The notes under the pieces were generated by a model. That model was not told the origin of the DNA. It did not search any database and saw only the letters and a program-made list of their open reading frames with translations. A program made the translations under genes and the position numbers. Below are positions 56,001 to 64,000 of a stretch of 64,000 nucleotides of DNA, piece by piece (the first letter of the stretch is position 1; the number at the start of each line of letters is the position of its first letter). The stretch is from Candidatus Doudnabacteria bacterium (GTDB lineage Bacteria > Patescibacteriota > Doudnabacteria > UBA920), in the NCBI GenBank assembly GCA_016218585.1, contig JACRDK010000006.1, positions 1,823 to 65,822 of the forward strand, written 5' to 3'.

Positions 56001-56544
56001 CGGCGTTGCGGCTGTTTCTTTGAATTTCAATAAACAGGCGTTCGGCTGTAAAAATATTTAAATATTTTTGCAAAACTTTTTGTGCCTCTGTTTCAGACTT
56101 GTTCATAACTGCCCGCGCAATTTCTCCGCGCATGCAGCCCGATAAACAAATTAAACCCTCGCTATGTTCCGCCAAATAGTCAGTATCAATTCTGGGCTTA
56201 TAATAAAAACCTTCCAAATGCCCGGTGGTAGTTAGCTTAATTAAATTTTTGTAACCAACTTCATTTTGCGCCAGCAGGGTTAAATGAAAATAGTCGGCAT
56301 CGGCGCGGCCGTCTTTGTCGGTCATTTTATTTGGGGAAATATATGCCTCAAGCCCAATAATCGGCTTAATCTTTTCCGCCCGGCATTTGTTGTAAAAGTC
56401 TATTACCCCATACATAACACCATGGTCGGTTATGGCTAAGGAATCCATACCTAACTCTTTGGTCCGCTCTACCAGCGGATCAATTTTAGACAAACCATCT
56501 AACAGGGAATAATGGCTATGGCAATGGAGGTGGGTAAATGGCAT
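53086..56544 (-). CDS. dnaE: DNA polymerase III alpha subunit
   Basis: N-terminal PHP domain (HLHCHSHYSLLDG), polymerase core, OB fold. 1152 aa. Confidence 0.9.
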   Translation of the reverse strand: MPFTHLHCHSHYSLLDGLSKIDPLVERTKELGMDSLAITDHGVMYGVIDFYNKCRAEKIKPIIGLEAYISPNKMTDKDGRADADYFHLTLLAQNEVGYKNLIKLTTTGHLEGFYYKPRIDTDYLAEHSEGLICLSGCMRGEIARAVMNKSETEAQKVLQKYLNIFTAERLFIEIQRNSRNADPKETELNNKLIALAKANGLGLVATADCHYIYPEDAEAQDVMVCIGTGRTVNDEDRLDMRAYDLSLKSPEKMEELFYDVPEAISNTQKIADMCNTEIAIDQRYFPQVEIPEGLTTEQYLRQVTYEKALPLYGENGQLSDAIKERIDYELNIICKKGFDTYFLMVADVVQGAHSIGAITNTRGSAAGSIVGRILGITNVDPLYYELPFERFLTMHRPTPPDIDLDIADNRRDEAIAYITQKYGKEKVAQIITFGTMMARAAVRDVGRALAVPYSKCDQIAKMIPIGKQGFHMTLDKALDMNAELKEIYDHDPETKRVLTIARKLEGCARHASVHAAGIVITPTDLTDYTPLQKEPDGERIITQYDMYALDVNASSHAIGVVKLDLLGIRNLSILETAVNLVQARHNINIDIYNLPHPDPKTFKLLSEGLTFGVFQLGSSGMTRHLKELQPSSIFDIMAMIALYRPGPMQFIEEYIRRKHNPGLITYFDPAFEKILRRTYGILVYQDDLLSIAHDLAGYSWEEVDKFRKAVGKKIPEEMAKQKIKFIQGCQETSKWSHKKAEDIWAWIEPFAAYGFNKAHSASYSVVSYQTAYMKANYPVEFMAALMTAESGDEDKIYEAVEDCKALGIAVLPPDVNESLGDFTVVDEKNIRFGLNAIKNLGNDVIAKIIEQRAAGGKFKDLDDLLIRTYTKNLNKKSWEALCKVGALDAFGERGQLLNNTEEVLNFIRQYYKDVNSEQGSLFGGAYTAGKLKLKPAAAATKEEMLLWEKELLGMYVSAHPLDVYRKVLGNMRNVKSLSLDELGANVVMGGIISRLKRTLTKKHDPMAFFTLSDVTGSVEVLVFPKVMEKALPFLADDKIVQVSGRLSDKDEEFKLIADEIKELPNDELYGMALNEMEKNKQLILHMDSLVNMAALNSIKNILEKHPGNVQVYLSVGTGARSKKIKTQTLVGMSNDLMEELHNVPEIVMIDVS

Positions 56545-56752
56545 AAGATATTTTGAGCTTTATTTGGCATCTTCATTCGGTTAGATGAATAGTTTAAAAC
56601 CAACAAGGGCCTGGCTAACTCATCGGCCTTATCATCAGTTTTTTTGAAGATGGCTTTTAATTGGTTTTTTGGGTTTCCGTAGCGAATCTAATCTGTATTT
56701 CCGCGGGAAGCTTCTTAATATTACCAAAAAGCGGCAGATTTTGCTATAATCA

Positions 56753-57640
56753 ATGTGTAAAAAAACCAAACAAAATATGTCCATTCTTAAAGACAAAATT
56801 GAAATTGGAATAGAAGAAGCCGAGCTAGGGGTAGAGCAGTCCTTAAGCCAAATGCCGCCGCTTCTTAAATGGTATTTTATTATAGGAATAATCGCTATAA
56901 TTCCGGCATATTTTATCGCCAAAAATATTTCTTTTAAAATTTGGCAAAAAAATTATGCAGTTTATGCGGTCACGGCAAAACCCAGCTTTACTAACCCTAA
57001 AGACCTGTCTGTTTCCGACATTAGCGTAACCTCTCAGGGGCCAAATACTTTTGCCGCTCTAGTTAAGATTACTAATCCTAACTTAGATTTGTCTGCGCAA
57101 AATATTAATTATCGTTTTAATTTTTATAACTCTTCAAAGACCCTAATTTATTCCAGCCCAACAAACAATTTTTTCATTCTGCCAAACCAAAGCAAATATT
57201 TAACAGCAACCAAATTTACCAGCAGCGACGCCATTGCTTACGCGGAGGTAAAAATAGACCCTAACATTGCCTGGCAAAAGCGCCTGCAAATTCCGCAGGT
57301 AAAATTGCTTACCTCGGTTCCATCCACCTATCAGCAAAATTCACCTGCAGCATTTGTGGTAGAAGGGGACTTTACCAACCAAAGCCCTTATTTGCTGGGA
57401 CAGGTTAAACTTACTTTCGTCCTTTATAACACGGCAAACAAAATTATCGGAGTTAGCGAACGAACTGAATTTACCGTAAGCCCATTCGAGCGCCGCGGCT
57501 ACAAACAGCTCTGGCCAAATATGGCGGCTCCGCAGCTTTCTAAAGTAGAAATTATTGCCGACACTAACACTTTAGATTCCGGCAACCTAAAAATTCTTGA
57601 GTCTTCCTCAAGTTCCGCCTCAGACTTGGGCCGGCCCTAA
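56753..57640 (+). CDS. hypothetical membrane-anchored protein
   Basis: TM helix near residue 40-60, then polar domain. Confidence 0.45.
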   Translation: MCKKTKQNMSILKDKIEIGIEEAELGVEQSLSQMPPLLKWYFIIGIIAIIPAYFIAKNISFKIWQKNYAVYAVTAKPSFTNPKDLSVSDISVTSQGPNTFAALVKITNPNLDLSAQNINYRFNFYNSSKTLIYSSPTNNFFILPNQSKYLTATKFTSSDAIAYAEVKIDPNIAWQKRLQIPQVKLLTSVPSTYQQNSPAAFVVEGDFTNQSPYLLGQVKLTFVLYNTANKIIGVSERTEFTVSPFERRGYKQLWPNMAAPQLSKVEIIADTNTLDSGNLKILESSSSSASDLGRP

Positions 57641-57693
57641 GCTGCAAAACTTTTCACCATACCAACAGATTATAGTTCTGACCGAAGAGACCA

Positions 57694-58794
57694 ATGCTAA
57701 ATTTTTTCAATCGTTTTAAGTATTTTGATATTCCGTTGCTCACCGCGACTTTGCTTTTAGCGCTCGCGGGTATTTCCATTCTTTACAGCACCACGCTTTC
57801 CGAAGACAGCAATACGCTGTTTTACAAACAGCTAATTTTTTTGGGAATTGGGTTTGGCGGATTTTTATTTTTAAGCTTTTTTAACTACCGCACCCTGGCC
57901 AAAGCAAACCGGGTTATTTACGTTGTAATGGTTGGGCTGCTGTTGTATTTGGAAATTTTCGGTTCCATCGTCCGCGGAGGCAGGCGCTGGATAGACTTAG
58001 GCTTTTTTACTTTTCAACCGGCGGAATTCGTAAAGCTGGTAGTTATTTTAGGCTTGGCTAGAATGCTCTACTTAAAAAGGGGGCAAATTAATTCCTTTAC
58101 AACGCTGGTTTGGTCCCTGGCTTACGCGCTTGTTCCGGCCGGGCTGGTTATTTTAGAACCTGACCTGGGTTCTGCAATTATTATTTTAAGCTTGTGGCTG
58201 GGAATTATTATGCTCAGCCCAATCAAAAAGAAATTTTTAGTTTACCTATTTATTAGTTTTGTTATTATATCCGGGCTCACCTGGAAATTTTTCCTTAAAG
58301 AATTCCAGCGAGACAGAATTATGGTTTTTATTAACCCGGAATTGGATCCTAGGGGAAAAGGGTATAACGTTAAGCAGGCCACCATTGCCGTAGGAAGCGG
58401 AGAATTTAGCGGCCGCGGCTTAGGCAAGGGGGTGCAAAGCCAGCATAAATTTTTACCGGAACGCCAAACAGACTTTATTTTTGCCGCCAGCAGCGAAGAA
58501 ATCGGCTTCTTAGGCTCTATGAGTTTGCTAGGCCTGTTTTTCTTTTTACTTATGCGTCTTTATATGATTATGAAAAAAGCCAAGGACGACCTGGGTATGT
58601 ATATTGCCGGAGGAATTTTATTTTTCTTCTTCTTTCACGTAATAATTAATGTCGGGATGAACATCGGCCTTTTGCCGGTAACCGGCATTCCCTTGCCCTT
58701 TGTCAGCGCCGGCGGAAGTTCTCTTATTGTAAGCCTTTCGGCCTTAGGCGTAGCGCAAAATATCGCCATCCAATCTAAAGCTTTGCGGTTTTAA
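57694..58794 (+). CDS. SEDS-family peptidoglycan glycosyltransferase (FtsW/RodA)
   Basis: Polytopic membrane protein with conserved GLLPVTGIPLPFVSAGGSS near C-terminus. Confidence 0.8.
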   Translation: MLNFFNRFKYFDIPLLTATLLLALAGISILYSTTLSEDSNTLFYKQLIFLGIGFGGFLFLSFFNYRTLAKANRVIYVVMVGLLLYLEIFGSIVRGGRRWIDLGFFTFQPAEFVKLVVILGLARMLYLKRGQINSFTTLVWSLAYALVPAGLVILEPDLGSAIIILSLWLGIIMLSPIKKKFLVYLFISFVIISGLTWKFFLKEFQRDRIMVFINPELDPRGKGYNVKQATIAVGSGEFSGRGLGKGVQSQHKFLPERQTDFIFAASSEEIGFLGSMSLLGLFFFLLMRLYMIMKKAKDDLGMYIAGGILFFFFFHVIINVGMNIGLLPVTGIPLPFVSAGGSSLIVSLSALGVAQNIAIQSKALRF

Positions 58795-58817
58795 CTTCTA
58801 TCTGATAAAATACTTAT

Positions 58818-59225
58818 ATGAAAAATAATATGTCTGCCGGTGGAGGACCAGCCTTTAACGGAAAAAATTACGACTTCAAAAAAATTATCGAGTGGCTCGG
58901 GATTATTTTAAAGTGCCCGATTTGTAATGCTAAATATAACTTGGAAAAGACCCAGGTTATAGAAAGCGAGCAGAGCGAAGTTTTTAATGAAGCCCGAATA
59001 CTCATTCATTCCGATTGCGCCAAGTGTAAAAGCTCGGTTATGTTTAATGTTGAGATTAAGGGTCCGGAAGTATTTAGCGTTGGAATGGTTACGGATTTAA
59101 CCGGCAAAGACAGCAGCAAATTTAAAAAACTGGGGCCAATACATGTTAATGAAATTATCGGCATACACCAAGCCCTAAAAACCTTCAAAGGCGATTTCAT
59201 CTCCGCCCTTACAGTTAAGAAATAA
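58818..59225 (+). CDS. hypothetical zinc-ribbon protein
   Basis: CPICN...CAKCKS pattern. Confidence 0.4.
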   Translation: MKNNMSAGGGPAFNGKNYDFKKIIEWLGIILKCPICNAKYNLEKTQVIESEQSEVFNEARILIHSDCAKCKSSVMFNVEIKGPEVFSVGMVTDLTGKDSSKFKKLGPIHVNEIIGIHQALKTFKGDFISALTVKK

Positions 59226-59235
59226 TCTCTCTATT

Positions 59236-59263
59236 AAACCCCTTGCCAAAGCAAGGGGTTTTT
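59236..59263. terminator. terminator aaaccccttgcCAAAgcaaggggttttt
   Basis: 10-bp stem with flanking A/T runs. Confidence 0.55.
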
Positions 59264-59345
59264 GTTATAATGTTTGGGCATAAATTTTTAAGGTTTGTGA
59301 GTATCCTAAATAAGGAGATGGGCAAACCAATAGAGAGACCAGAAA

Positions 59346-60017
59346 ATGGAGAAAATCCAACTCAAAGCCAGTTTAAGAGACATTAAAACCACTAAGCCTG
59401 CCAAACTCAGGAAAGAAGGCTTGCTGCCGGCAGTTTTGTACGGCAATAAGGTGCAGAATGTTTCCTTAAGCGTAAATGCCAGAGAATTCGACAAAATTTT
59501 AAAGAAAGCCGGTGAAAGCACGGTTATTGATCTTCAGACTGAAGACGGCAAAAACCACCCGGTTTTAATTCACGATATCCAAAACCATTACTTAACTTCA
59601 GTCCCGACTCACGTCGACTTTTATGAAGTAAGCATGACCACCAAATTAAAAGCCAATGTGGCTATTGAATTTACCGGTGAATCCCAGGCTGTTAAGGCTT
59701 TGGGCGGGGTATTGGTAAGAGTCTTGAATGAAGTTGAAGTTGAATGTTTGCCGGCAGACCTTCCTCACAATATTGAAGTTAATGTTGAAGTATTAAAAAC
59801 CTTGCAGGATACAGTTCATGTTAAAGACTTGAAAGTTCCTGCTAACGTGAAAATTTTAACCCCGGCCGATGAATTGGTTATTAAAGTTCAGCCGCCACGC
59901 GACGTGGAAGCTGAATTAGCCGCTCCGGTTGTTGAAGATGTTAGCAAAGTAGAAGGCGCCGCCGAAGAAAAACCGGCTGCTCCAGCTGCAGACGCTAAAG
60001 CTGAAGAAAAAAAGTAG
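59346..60017 (+). CDS. rplY: 50S ribosomal protein L25 / general stress protein Ctc
   Basis: L25 N-terminal beta-barrel (LRKEGLLPAVLYG) and Ctc-type C-terminal extension. Confidence 0.85.
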   Translation: MEKIQLKASLRDIKTTKPAKLRKEGLLPAVLYGNKVQNVSLSVNAREFDKILKKAGESTVIDLQTEDGKNHPVLIHDIQNHYLTSVPTHVDFYEVSMTTKLKANVAIEFTGESQAVKALGGVLVRVLNEVEVECLPADLPHNIEVNVEVLKTLQDTVHVKDLKVPANVKILTPADELVIKVQPPRDVEAELAAPVVEDVSKVEGAAEEKPAAPAADAKAEEKK

Positions 60018-60093
60018 TTTAAACTTTTAATCCGCCTCAACCTTATAAACAGGTGAGGCGGATTTTTTAAATGTTTGATATAATTATCTCACC

Positions 60094-60981
60094 ATGAAAA
60101 GCAAAAAAATAGCATTAATCTCTGCGGCCTGCATAATCCTGCTATTCGGCGTAGTGTGGCAGCATTTCAACAGCCACAAGTTTGTTGTTGAAACCTTAGC
60201 GCAAAAGCCAACCGAACCGGGGATAGTCCATACTTTCTACGCCGCAGCCGTTGAAACAAAACCACAAATTAAGCCGCCGCAGGAAAAAGTATTGCGCCTG
60301 CCAATTTTAATGTATCATCATGTAGGCGACCTGCCGGATAAAGCAGATGGCACCAGGCAAGATTTAACCGTTCCAACAGCGGAATTTGAACAACAGGTAA
60401 AATGGCTGTCCGAAAATGGCTACAAAAGCATTCATTTGGCGGACTTAGACAATTACGCCAAAGGCAAATTTATTATGCCGAAAAAGCCGGTTATTTTTAC
60501 TTTTGACGATGGGTACTTAGACGTTTTTACAAATGCCGTGCCGATTTTAAAAAAATATAACTTTACCGGCAGTTTTGCAATAATTACCCAGTTTCCCGGC
60601 ACGCAAGAAGGCAACAATGTTTATGCCTCCTGGGATGTTATTAGAGATGCTTACCGGCAGGGAAATGAGATTGTTTCCCATACCCAAAACCATTTTGACG
60701 GCAGCAACCCAAAATTTAACAGCGAGTTTATCCAACAAAATCTGTGCGGATCAAAAACAGATTTAAAACAGAACCTGGGAATAAATACCAATATTCTTAT
60801 TTACCCTTACGGCCATTACACTCCTGACTATATTAATCAGGCAAAAATTTGCGGTTTTAATATGAGCCTTACGGTACACGAAGGCTCGAGGATAAATTTA
60901 GAAGACCTGATGGAAATTCCGCGCGTTAGAATCCATGGCAGGCAAAACTTTGAAAGATTCAAACAATTAGTCTCCGAATAA
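60094..60981 (+). CDS. polysaccharide deacetylase (NodB homology domain)
   Basis: LMYHHV, TFDDGY, H-containing motifs of the CE4 family. Confidence 0.8.
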   Translation: MKSKKIALISAACIILLFGVVWQHFNSHKFVVETLAQKPTEPGIVHTFYAAAVETKPQIKPPQEKVLRLPILMYHHVGDLPDKADGTRQDLTVPTAEFEQQVKWLSENGYKSIHLADLDNYAKGKFIMPKKPVIFTFDDGYLDVFTNAVPILKKYNFTGSFAIITQFPGTQEGNNVYASWDVIRDAYRQGNEIVSHTQNHFDGSNPKFNSEFIQQNLCGSKTDLKQNLGINTNILIYPYGHYTPDYINQAKICGFNMSLTVHEGSRINLEDLMEIPRVRIHGRQNFERFKQLVSE

Positions 60982-61023
60982 AACACCACTCTATTACACT
61001 GGAGTAATAGAGTGGTGTTTTTT
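60980..61023. terminator. bidirectional terminator (caccactctattac/gtaatagagtggtg)
   Basis: 14-bp stem + T6, between convergent genes. Confidence 0.6.
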
Positions 61024-61888
61024 AAAGGGTTATTTCAACAAAGCGCCAAAGGCTTCGAAAATCTTTGTAAAATTTTACATTTGCTTTGGGCAGATGTTTT
61101 TTTATTTCTTTATCCAGCTCAACTTTTTGCCTCGGATCAAACTCCAAATAAATCAAGCGCGGCTGTTTTATAGATTGTTTGATTTGCAATAACAAACGTT
61201 TAATTTCATATAGCCCATTATCTTTTGTAAACAAAGCATGTTTGGGTTCAAACTTTAAACCAATAGTAGCTGCGGATGTATTATTTTTCCATTGACTCCA
61301 ACCATACGGCAAATTAGCAATAATTATATCCGGGGTATTCTTTATATTTTTAAGCAAATCGGATCTAACAAAATTTATTTTGACATGATGGGCTTTGGCA
61401 TTCTGTTTGGCTACAATAAGAGCCTTGCTCGAAATGTCAGATGCAGTAATTTGAAATTTAAAATTTAAAATTTGTAATTTTTTGGCCAGTGCTATAGCTA
61501 TGCATCCGCTGCCGGTGCCAATGTCCAAAATATTTATTGTTTTCCCCTTAATTCTTAATTCCTGATTCTTAATTCTAGTTATAATTTCTTCCGTCTCCGG
61601 GCGGGGGACCAGCACGTTTTTATTCACTTTAAACCGCAAACCGTAAAAATCCTTATATCCCAAAATATAAGCTATAGGCTCGCCCTTTTCCCGGCGCCGC
61701 ACCATCTGTGTTAATTTGCTTGCCTGAATCCGTGTTAATTTTTGCTCCCCATTCATAAACAAAAACTCCCTGGTTTTCTTTAGAACCTCAGAGAGTAAAA
61801 GGTCAATCTCAACCTTCTGATATTTAATTAGGGCTTCTTTGACTGTCAATTTTGTCAATTTTACTAAATCCTGGTCAATTTTGTTCAA
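61022..61888 (-). CDS. prmC: release-factor glutamine N5-methyltransferase PrmC (HemK)
   Basis: SAM motif ILDIGTGSGCIA and NLPY (NPPY variant). Overlaps prfA by 4 nt. Confidence 0.8.
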   Translation of the reverse strand: MNKIDQDLVKLTKLTVKEALIKYQKVEIDLLLSEVLKKTREFLFMNGEQKLTRIQASKLTQMVRRREKGEPIAYILGYKDFYGLRFKVNKNVLVPRPETEEIITRIKNQELRIKGKTINILDIGTGSGCIAIALAKKLQILNFKFQITASDISSKALIVAKQNAKAHHVKINFVRSDLLKNIKNTPDIIIANLPYGWSQWKNNTSAATIGLKFEPKHALFTKDNGLYEIKRLLLQIKQSIKQPRLIYLEFDPRQKVELDKEIKKHLPKANVKFYKDFRSLWRFVEITL

Positions 61889-62955
61889 TGCTTCAGCGCT
61901 TCTTTTTTTGCTTCTAAGTCAGCGCGCTGCAGGGCTTCGGTAATGGGTCCAAACTTTCCTTCCATAATCAAATTAATTTGGTTGAAGTTCTGGTTAATGC
62001 GATGGTCGGTTACGCGGTCTTGCGGGAAGTTATAGGTACGGATTTTTTCGGAGCGGTCGCCGGTGCCTATTTGGCTTTTGGTTAAATCGCGCACTTTTTT
62101 ATTTTCTATTTCTTCATAATGCGCGGCAACGCGGGCGCGAATAACTTCCAAGGCTTTTTCTTTGTTCTGCGCAAAACTGCGTTCGTCCTGACACTGGGCG
62201 GTTATGCCGGTGGGAATATGCACAATGCGAATAGCGGAGTAAGTGGTGTTAACCGATTGTCCGCCGTGTCCGGAGGAGGTGGTGGCTTCCATTTTTAAAT
62301 CTTTGTCGGCAATGGCGTAATCTTTTTCTTCTAAAATTGGCAGCACAGCCACGGTAATGGTGGATGTGTGAACGCGGCCGCTTTTTTCCGTTTCCGGCAC
62401 GCGCTGGACGCGATGAACGCCGCTTTCATATTTAAACACCTGATACGGGTGTTTTTCCGCACTTGCCCGGCCGTGTATTTCAAAAACCACTTCCTTAAAA
62501 CCGCCGGCCTCACTGCGGGAAGAGGAAACAATGTTTGGTTTAAAACCCAGCTCTTCGGCAAACTTACCTAAGGCACGGAACATTTCTGAAGCAAACAGGG
62601 TAGATTCGTCCCCGCCGGCCCCGGCGCGAATTTCCACAATTACGTCTTTGTCGTCATTAGCGTCTTTAGGCAGCAGAGCCTCCTCGATTTCAGATTTTAA
62701 ATTTAAGATTTCGGATTCAAGGCGCTTGGCTTCATCTAAAGCCATAGATTTAATTTCCGGGTCGGCGTCATTCAATAAATTCTTATTTTCTTCCAGCTCC
62801 TTAATTCTTAATTCATAATTCTTAATTCTGTCTGCAATAGGGGACAGCTCGGCATGGCGGCGGCCCAATTTGGCAATATCAACACTGCCACCGGCAGACA
62901 TCTCTTCGGTGATTTTATTATATTCTTCTAAAATTTTGGCAAATGCTGGTTCCAT
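61885..62955 (-). CDS. prfA: peptide chain release factor 1
   Basis: GGQ motif (SGHGGQSVNTT), PxT-type recognition loop (PETEKSGRVHTSTITVAV). Confidence 0.9.
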   Translation of the reverse strand: MEPAFAKILEEYNKITEEMSAGGSVDIAKLGRRHAELSPIADRIKNYELRIKELEENKNLLNDADPEIKSMALDEAKRLESEILNLKSEIEEALLPKDANDDKDVIVEIRAGAGGDESTLFASEMFRALGKFAEELGFKPNIVSSSRSEAGGFKEVVFEIHGRASAEKHPYQVFKYESGVHRVQRVPETEKSGRVHTSTITVAVLPILEEKDYAIADKDLKMEATTSSGHGGQSVNTTYSAIRIVHIPTGITAQCQDERSFAQNKEKALEVIRARVAAHYEEIENKKVRDLTKSQIGTGDRSEKIRTYNFPQDRVTDHRINQNFNQINLIMEGKFGPITEALQRADLEAKKEALKH

Positions 62956-62984
62956 AAAAATTAATCCTAAACTACAAATTATTT

Positions 62985-63050
62985 TCCGAATGATCCGAAA
63001 TTTCGCGGCATTCGGATTGCATCATTTGTTGAATTCGGATTATACACTGT
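62985..63050. repeat. CCGAAT/ATTCGG-word repeat copy
   Basis: tccgaatgatccgaaatttcgcggcattcggatt...gaattcggatt is related to 5085-5200. Confidence 0.5.
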
Positions 63051-63116
63051 TAATTCTAACATAAAACCACCCCAAACAAAACGTCAGGATGGCTTTATTA
63101 AAAGTTCTTTTAGCAG

Positions 63117-63380
63117 TTATTTCTTCGGGGAGCGGGCTTTTCTTGGCTTCTTTTCTTTAACTACAGCCTTAATCTTTACCGCGGTCTCTTTGCGCTTTTT
63201 GAATTTATCTACGTTACCAGCTGCATCGAGAAGCTTTTGCTTACCGGTATAAAACGGGTGGCAAGAGCTGCAAATTTCAGTGTGCAGGGAAGGGGCGGTA
63301 GAACCTGTGGTAAAAGTATTGCCGCAGGCGCAAGTAACTGTAATTCCAACGTTATATTGTGGGTGGATGTTAGATTTCAT
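63117..63380 (-). CDS. rpmE: 50S ribosomal protein L31 (with lysine-rich C-terminal tail)
   Basis: MKSNIHPQY...C.CG...C..CHPFYTG. Confidence 0.85.
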   Translation of the reverse strand: MKSNIHPQYNVGITVTCACGNTFTTGSTAPSLHTEICSSCHPFYTGKQKLLDAAGNVDKFKKRKETAVKIKAVVKEKKPRKARSPKK

Positions 63381-63499
63381 TGTTATACTAAGTTAATTTC
63401 GTTATTTCTTAATGCCTTAATTTCCATCAATCATTGCTGATATTATTGAAATTAAATGAAACTAAGAAACTTATGCAACTCCAGATATTCTATCAACAC

Positions 63500-63528
63500 T
63501 TGCCAAAAAAGTCAAGGCCTGTTATAAT
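63500..63528 (+). promoter_or_regulatory. sigma70-like promoter TTGCCA-17-TATAAT upstream of rpsB
   Basis: Consensus-like hexamers with 17-nt spacer. ~100-nt structured leader follows. Confidence 0.5.
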
Positions 63529-63630
63529 ATCGCTAATAATTAATAAACATATTCCGCACTCATTTCCTGTCCCAATAGGCCTGCGGGCTAAATATCGGGA
63601 TCGGCGGAATAGAAGGAAAGGATTAATAGA

Positions 63631-64000
63631 ATGAAAGAAATAACTCTTTTAGAGTTGTTAAAGAGCGGCGCGCACTTTGGGCACACCACTTCAAGATGGA
63701 ACCCAAAAATGAAGCCGTTTATTTTTACCACCAGGAATAACATCCACATTTTGGACCTGGAAAAGACCAAGAAAGCCATTGTTAAAGCGGCTAAATTTGC
63801 CCAAGAACTATCCAGCCGCGGCGGCACAATTTTGTTTGTTGCCACCAAACGCCAGAGCAAAGACATTGTAAAGCAAGCTGCGGTTTCCTGCGGCATGCCA
63901 TATGTTAACGTGCGCTGGCTCGGCGGTACCTTTACCAATTTCAAAACCATCCAAAGAACAATCCGCAAACTGGAGAAATTGGAAAATATGAAGATGTCGG
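63631..64000 (+). CDS. rpsB: 30S ribosomal protein S2 (3' partial, runs off window)
   Basis: MKEITLLELLKSGAHFGHTTSRWNPKM..., SD AGGAAAGGA upstream. No stop before window end. Confidence 0.85.
   Translation, partial: MKEITLLELLKSGAHFGHTTSRWNPKMKPFIFTTRNNIHILDLEKTKKAIVKAAKFAQELSSRGGTILFVATKRQSKDIVKQAAVSCGMPYVNVRWLGGTFTNFKTIQRTIRKLEKLENMKMS

Noticed and set aside
63434-63968. ORFs 63434-63634 (+) and 63588-63968 (-) near the window end
   Set aside because: The first spans the rpsB promoter/leader. The second is antisense to the clearly recognisable rpsB N-terminus.

Overview
The window is a low-GC bacterial chromosome segment dominated by core housekeeping genes. Gene content resembles a reduced Patescibacteria/CPR-type genome: many genes lack Shine-Dalgarno sequences, several proteins are truncated (delta subunit, CCA enzyme), and intergenic space is dense with repeats; this taxonomic call is inference only. 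Annotated genes:
- A complete F-type ATP synthase operon (atpZ-like, atpB, E, F, H, A, G, D, C) that carries two extra small ORFs and two copies of a ~130-bp inverted-repeat element.
- alr, a NUDIX hydrolase, a short CCA/poly(A)-polymerase-family enzyme, rmuC, a UvrD/RecB-type helicase-nuclease, gyrB, greA, lysS, serS, an FtsQ-like protein and a UMP-kinase-like protein.
- Two GT39 (GT-C) membrane glycosyltransferases, a GT2-like and a GT4 (WecA/MraY-like) transferase.
- rplU, recR, dnaB, cysS, a CPA2 antiporter, two tandem adenylate kinase paralogs, map, thrS, dnaE, an FtsW/RodA protein, rplY, a polysaccharide deacetylase, prmC, prfA, rpmE and the 5' end of rpsB.
- Four intact tRNAs (Thr-CGT, initiator fMet, Met/Ile2-CAT, Asp-GTC).

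Notable non-standard content:
1. A mitochondrial-type monomeric PheRS (PheS catalytic core fused to an FDX-ACB anticodon-binding domain, strongly similar to human FARS2) preceded by a stand-alone tRNA-binding-domain protein, with no pheT nearby.
2. A truncated 5' copy of tRNA-Asp carrying a 32-nt GC hairpin insertion, then a frameshifted small GIY-YIG (COG2827-like) nuclease ORF, then the intact tRNA-Asp.
3. A frameshifted GxxExxY/PD-(D/E)XK gene whose start and stop codons lie inside perfect 19-bp inverted repeats, inside a nuclease-rich cluster (RmuC, NYN, hypothetical+PIN pair, helicase-nuclease).
4. Several dispersed short-repeat families: a 20-bp CCTGCCTACCGGCAGGCAGG-type palindrome (4 copies), CCGAAT-word repeats (3 copies), twin 34-36-bp perfect palindromes flanking a PaaX-like regulator, and in-frame heptanucleotide repeats inside recR, thrS, prmC and prfA.
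5. GC-rich small-ORF islets with strong SD sequences that look compositionally foreign.
6. Pilin-like C-terminal domain repeats in two loci without an obvious prepilin N-terminus.

No rRNA and no CRISPR array were found.
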